A DNA stretch of 32,000 nt from Pyrobaculum calidifontis JCM 11548. Its GTDB lineage: Archaea; Thermoproteota; Thermoprotei; Thermoproteales; Thermoproteaceae. The position numbers were made by a program, and so were the translations under genes. The notes beneath the pieces were generated by a model, which worked only from the letters and a program-made list of their open reading frames with translations, was not told the origin of the DNA and made no database searches. Positions 30,590-32,000 of this stretch are shown here, piece after piece (the stretch's first letter is position 1; each line of letters begins with the position of its first letter). The stretch is from the NCBI RefSeq assembly GCF_000015805.1, contig NC_009073.1:990001-1022000 (forward strand), in the 5' to 3' direction.

Positions 30590-32000
30590 GTGGAGAACGA
30601 GTTTGAGTTTGAAGAATTTGAAGAAGAAGTACAGGAGTACGAGGGGGAGGCCATCGAGGAGAGTAAGCTAAAGGGCGTTGTCTCAGTCACGATCCCCCCC
30701 TCGCTGGTTCTCGCCGTGGTCTACGACGGGGCCGAGGGAAAGGCCTTGGTGAAGTTCTACGACCCCGTCGGCGACGTGGTTTACTACTGGTACGACAACA
30801 CTGGCCATAGGCCGTACCTAATCGTAAAGATGTCGCCGGAGGAGCTTGTGGAGAAGTTTCCAGACTTGTTAAAACACCCTGGCTTTAGCCACATAGACGT
30901 AGAGGAGAAATACGACGCGTTGCACGACGAGAGGATTGTTGTGACAAAGGTCTACGCGAAGGACCCCCTCACTGTGGGAGGGGGGAAGAAGTCCTTTAGG
31001 GATATGCTTGGCGCCACTTGGGAGTCGCGGATAAAGTACCACCACAGCTACCTCTTCGACCGGGGCATAATCCCCGGCATGTGGTATAGGTCCAACGGCT
31101 CTGGCCTTGTCCCAGTGGAGATATTCATACCCCCCGAGGTTAAGTCCTCTCTGGGCAAGGTGTTTAAGCAGGAGCACGCCAAGGTGGCCGAGGAGTGGAT
31201 GCCCCTCTTCCAGGCGCCAATACCCCACCTGAGGAGGGTGGCAATAGACGTGGAGGTCTACACGCCGCAGGAGAACAAGATCCCTGACCCAAAGGAGGCC
31301 CTCTACGAGGTAATCTCCGTGGCCGTGGTGGGTAGCGATGGGCTCAAGCGCGTCTTTGTCTTGAAGAGGCCCGGCGCCGAGGCGGACCTCAGGTATAGGC
31401 CGGACTACGAGGTGTTTTTCTTTGACAGCGAGTACGACCTAATTAGAGAGGTCTTGAAGGTCATTGTCCAGTACCCCGTGGTGATAACCTTCAACGGGGA
31501 CAACTTCGACCTCCCATATCTCTACAACCGCGCCTTGGCCCTCGGCATACCCAAGGAGGAGTTGCCGATAGCGGCTAAGCGGGACTACGTAAGCGTGGTC
31601 CCCGGAATACACATAGACCTCTTCAAATTTTTCGCCATCAAGGCGGTTGAGGCCTACGCCTTCGGCGGAGTATATAGGGGGGAGAGGGGGCTCGACGGCA
31701 TCGCCTACGCCATCTTGGGCGTGGGGAAGGTGGAGAGACAGAAGAACGTATCTAAGATGGGCTACTGGGAGCTCGCCGAGTACAACTACAGAGACGCCCT
31801 AATTACCCTCTACTTCACTCTCTACAATAACGAGCTGGTGATGAAGCTAATACTCTTGATGTCTAGAATTGCGAAGATGCCCATTGAGGACATCACTAGG
31901 TCGCAGGTGTCGGCCTGGATCCGCAACATGTTGTACTACGAGCACAGGAGGAGGGGCTGGCTTATACCAAACAAGGAGGACATACTAGCGGAGAAGGGCC
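30590..32000 (+). CDS. polB: Family B DNA polymerase, N-terminal ~470 codons (continues past window end)
   Basis: Not in the ORF track because it has no stop in the window. My translation from GTG 30590: VENEFEFEEFEE...VVYDGAEGKALVKFYDP...; Exo I context RVAIDVEVY; Exo II ITFNGDNFDLPYLYNRA. The frame is closed upstream by TAA at 30521-30523. The antisense track ORF 30869..31228 is spurious. Confidence 0.85.
   Translation, partial: MENEFEFEEFEEEVQEYEGEAIEESKLKGVVSVTIPPSLVLAVVYDGAEGKALVKFYDPVGDVVYYWYDNTGHRPYLIVKMSPEELVEKFPDLLKHPGFSHIDVEEKYDALHDERIVVTKVYAKDPLTVGGGKKSFRDMLGATWESRIKYHHSYLFDRGIIPGMWYRSNGSGLVPVEIFIPPEVKSSLGKVFKQEHAKVAEEWMPLFQAPIPHLRRVAIDVEVYTPQENKIPDPKEALYEVISVAVVGSDGLKRVFVLKRPGAEADLRYRPDYEVFFFDSEYDLIREVLKVIVQYPVVITFNGDNFDLPYLYNRALALGIPKEELPIAAKRDYVSVVPGIHIDLFKFFAIKAVEAYAFGGVYRGERGLDGIAYAILGVGKVERQKNVSKMGYWELAEYNYRDALITLYFTLYNNELVMKLILLMSRIAKMPIEDITRSQVSAWIRNMLYYEHRRRGWLIPNKEDILAEKG

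Noticed and set aside
30869-31228. 119-aa minus-strand ORF from the track
   Set aside because: It lies antisense within the clearly recognisable PolB N-terminal coding region and has no motif support.
1-32000. CRISPR arrays, IS elements, long direct or inverted repeats, rRNA and tRNA genes
   Set aside because: Reading both strands showed no regularly spaced repeats, transposase or integrase ORFs, or rRNA/tRNA-like sequences. This was a visual scan only, so short or degenerate repeats could have been missed.

Overview
The window reads as a gene-dense, GC-rich chromosomal segment of a hyperthermophilic crenarchaeon, probably Thermoproteales (Pyrobaculum/Thermoproteus-like). That assignment is an inference from gene content: Rpo8, Hjc, archaeal DnaG, thermosome, TBP with an acidic tail, S25e, SmAP3-type Sm protein. 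I call 40 protein-coding genes, two of them truncated by the window edges. I found no rRNA, tRNA, CRISPR array, transposase or integrase. All family assignments come from motifs read in the supplied translations; no database search was run. Most genes have an A/T-rich TATA element (often ATTTAAA-like) centred about 22-27 nt upstream of the start codon, which implies leaderless or near-leaderless mRNAs. Many neighbouring genes overlap by 1-35 nt. Core content: PolB 3' end, DnaG, MetAP, thermosome, Rpo8, Sm, Lhr helicase, split class I fumarase, QueD-like, geranylgeranyl reductase, RbkR-type riboflavin kinase, Hjc, TBP, S25e, the upper mevalonate pathway (thiolase/DUF35/HMG-CoA synthase divergent from HMG-CoA reductase), and a second PolB 5' end. 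Candidates for undescribed biology, in order of interest: (1) an overlapping three-gene module of a half-size TFB paralog, a minimal VirB11/TadA-class ATPase and a 4-TM protein; (2) an ASCH-HTH fusion overlapping a SplB-like radical SAM gene, convergent with (3) a HerA-NurA pair that lacks Mre11/Rad50 in the window and is coupled to a flavin/lipid gene chain; (4) tbp coupled to an unknown Cys-cluster protein and hjc; (5) a QueD-like gene and an atypical Fe-S HhH-GPD glycosylase-like gene sharing one palindromic TATA.
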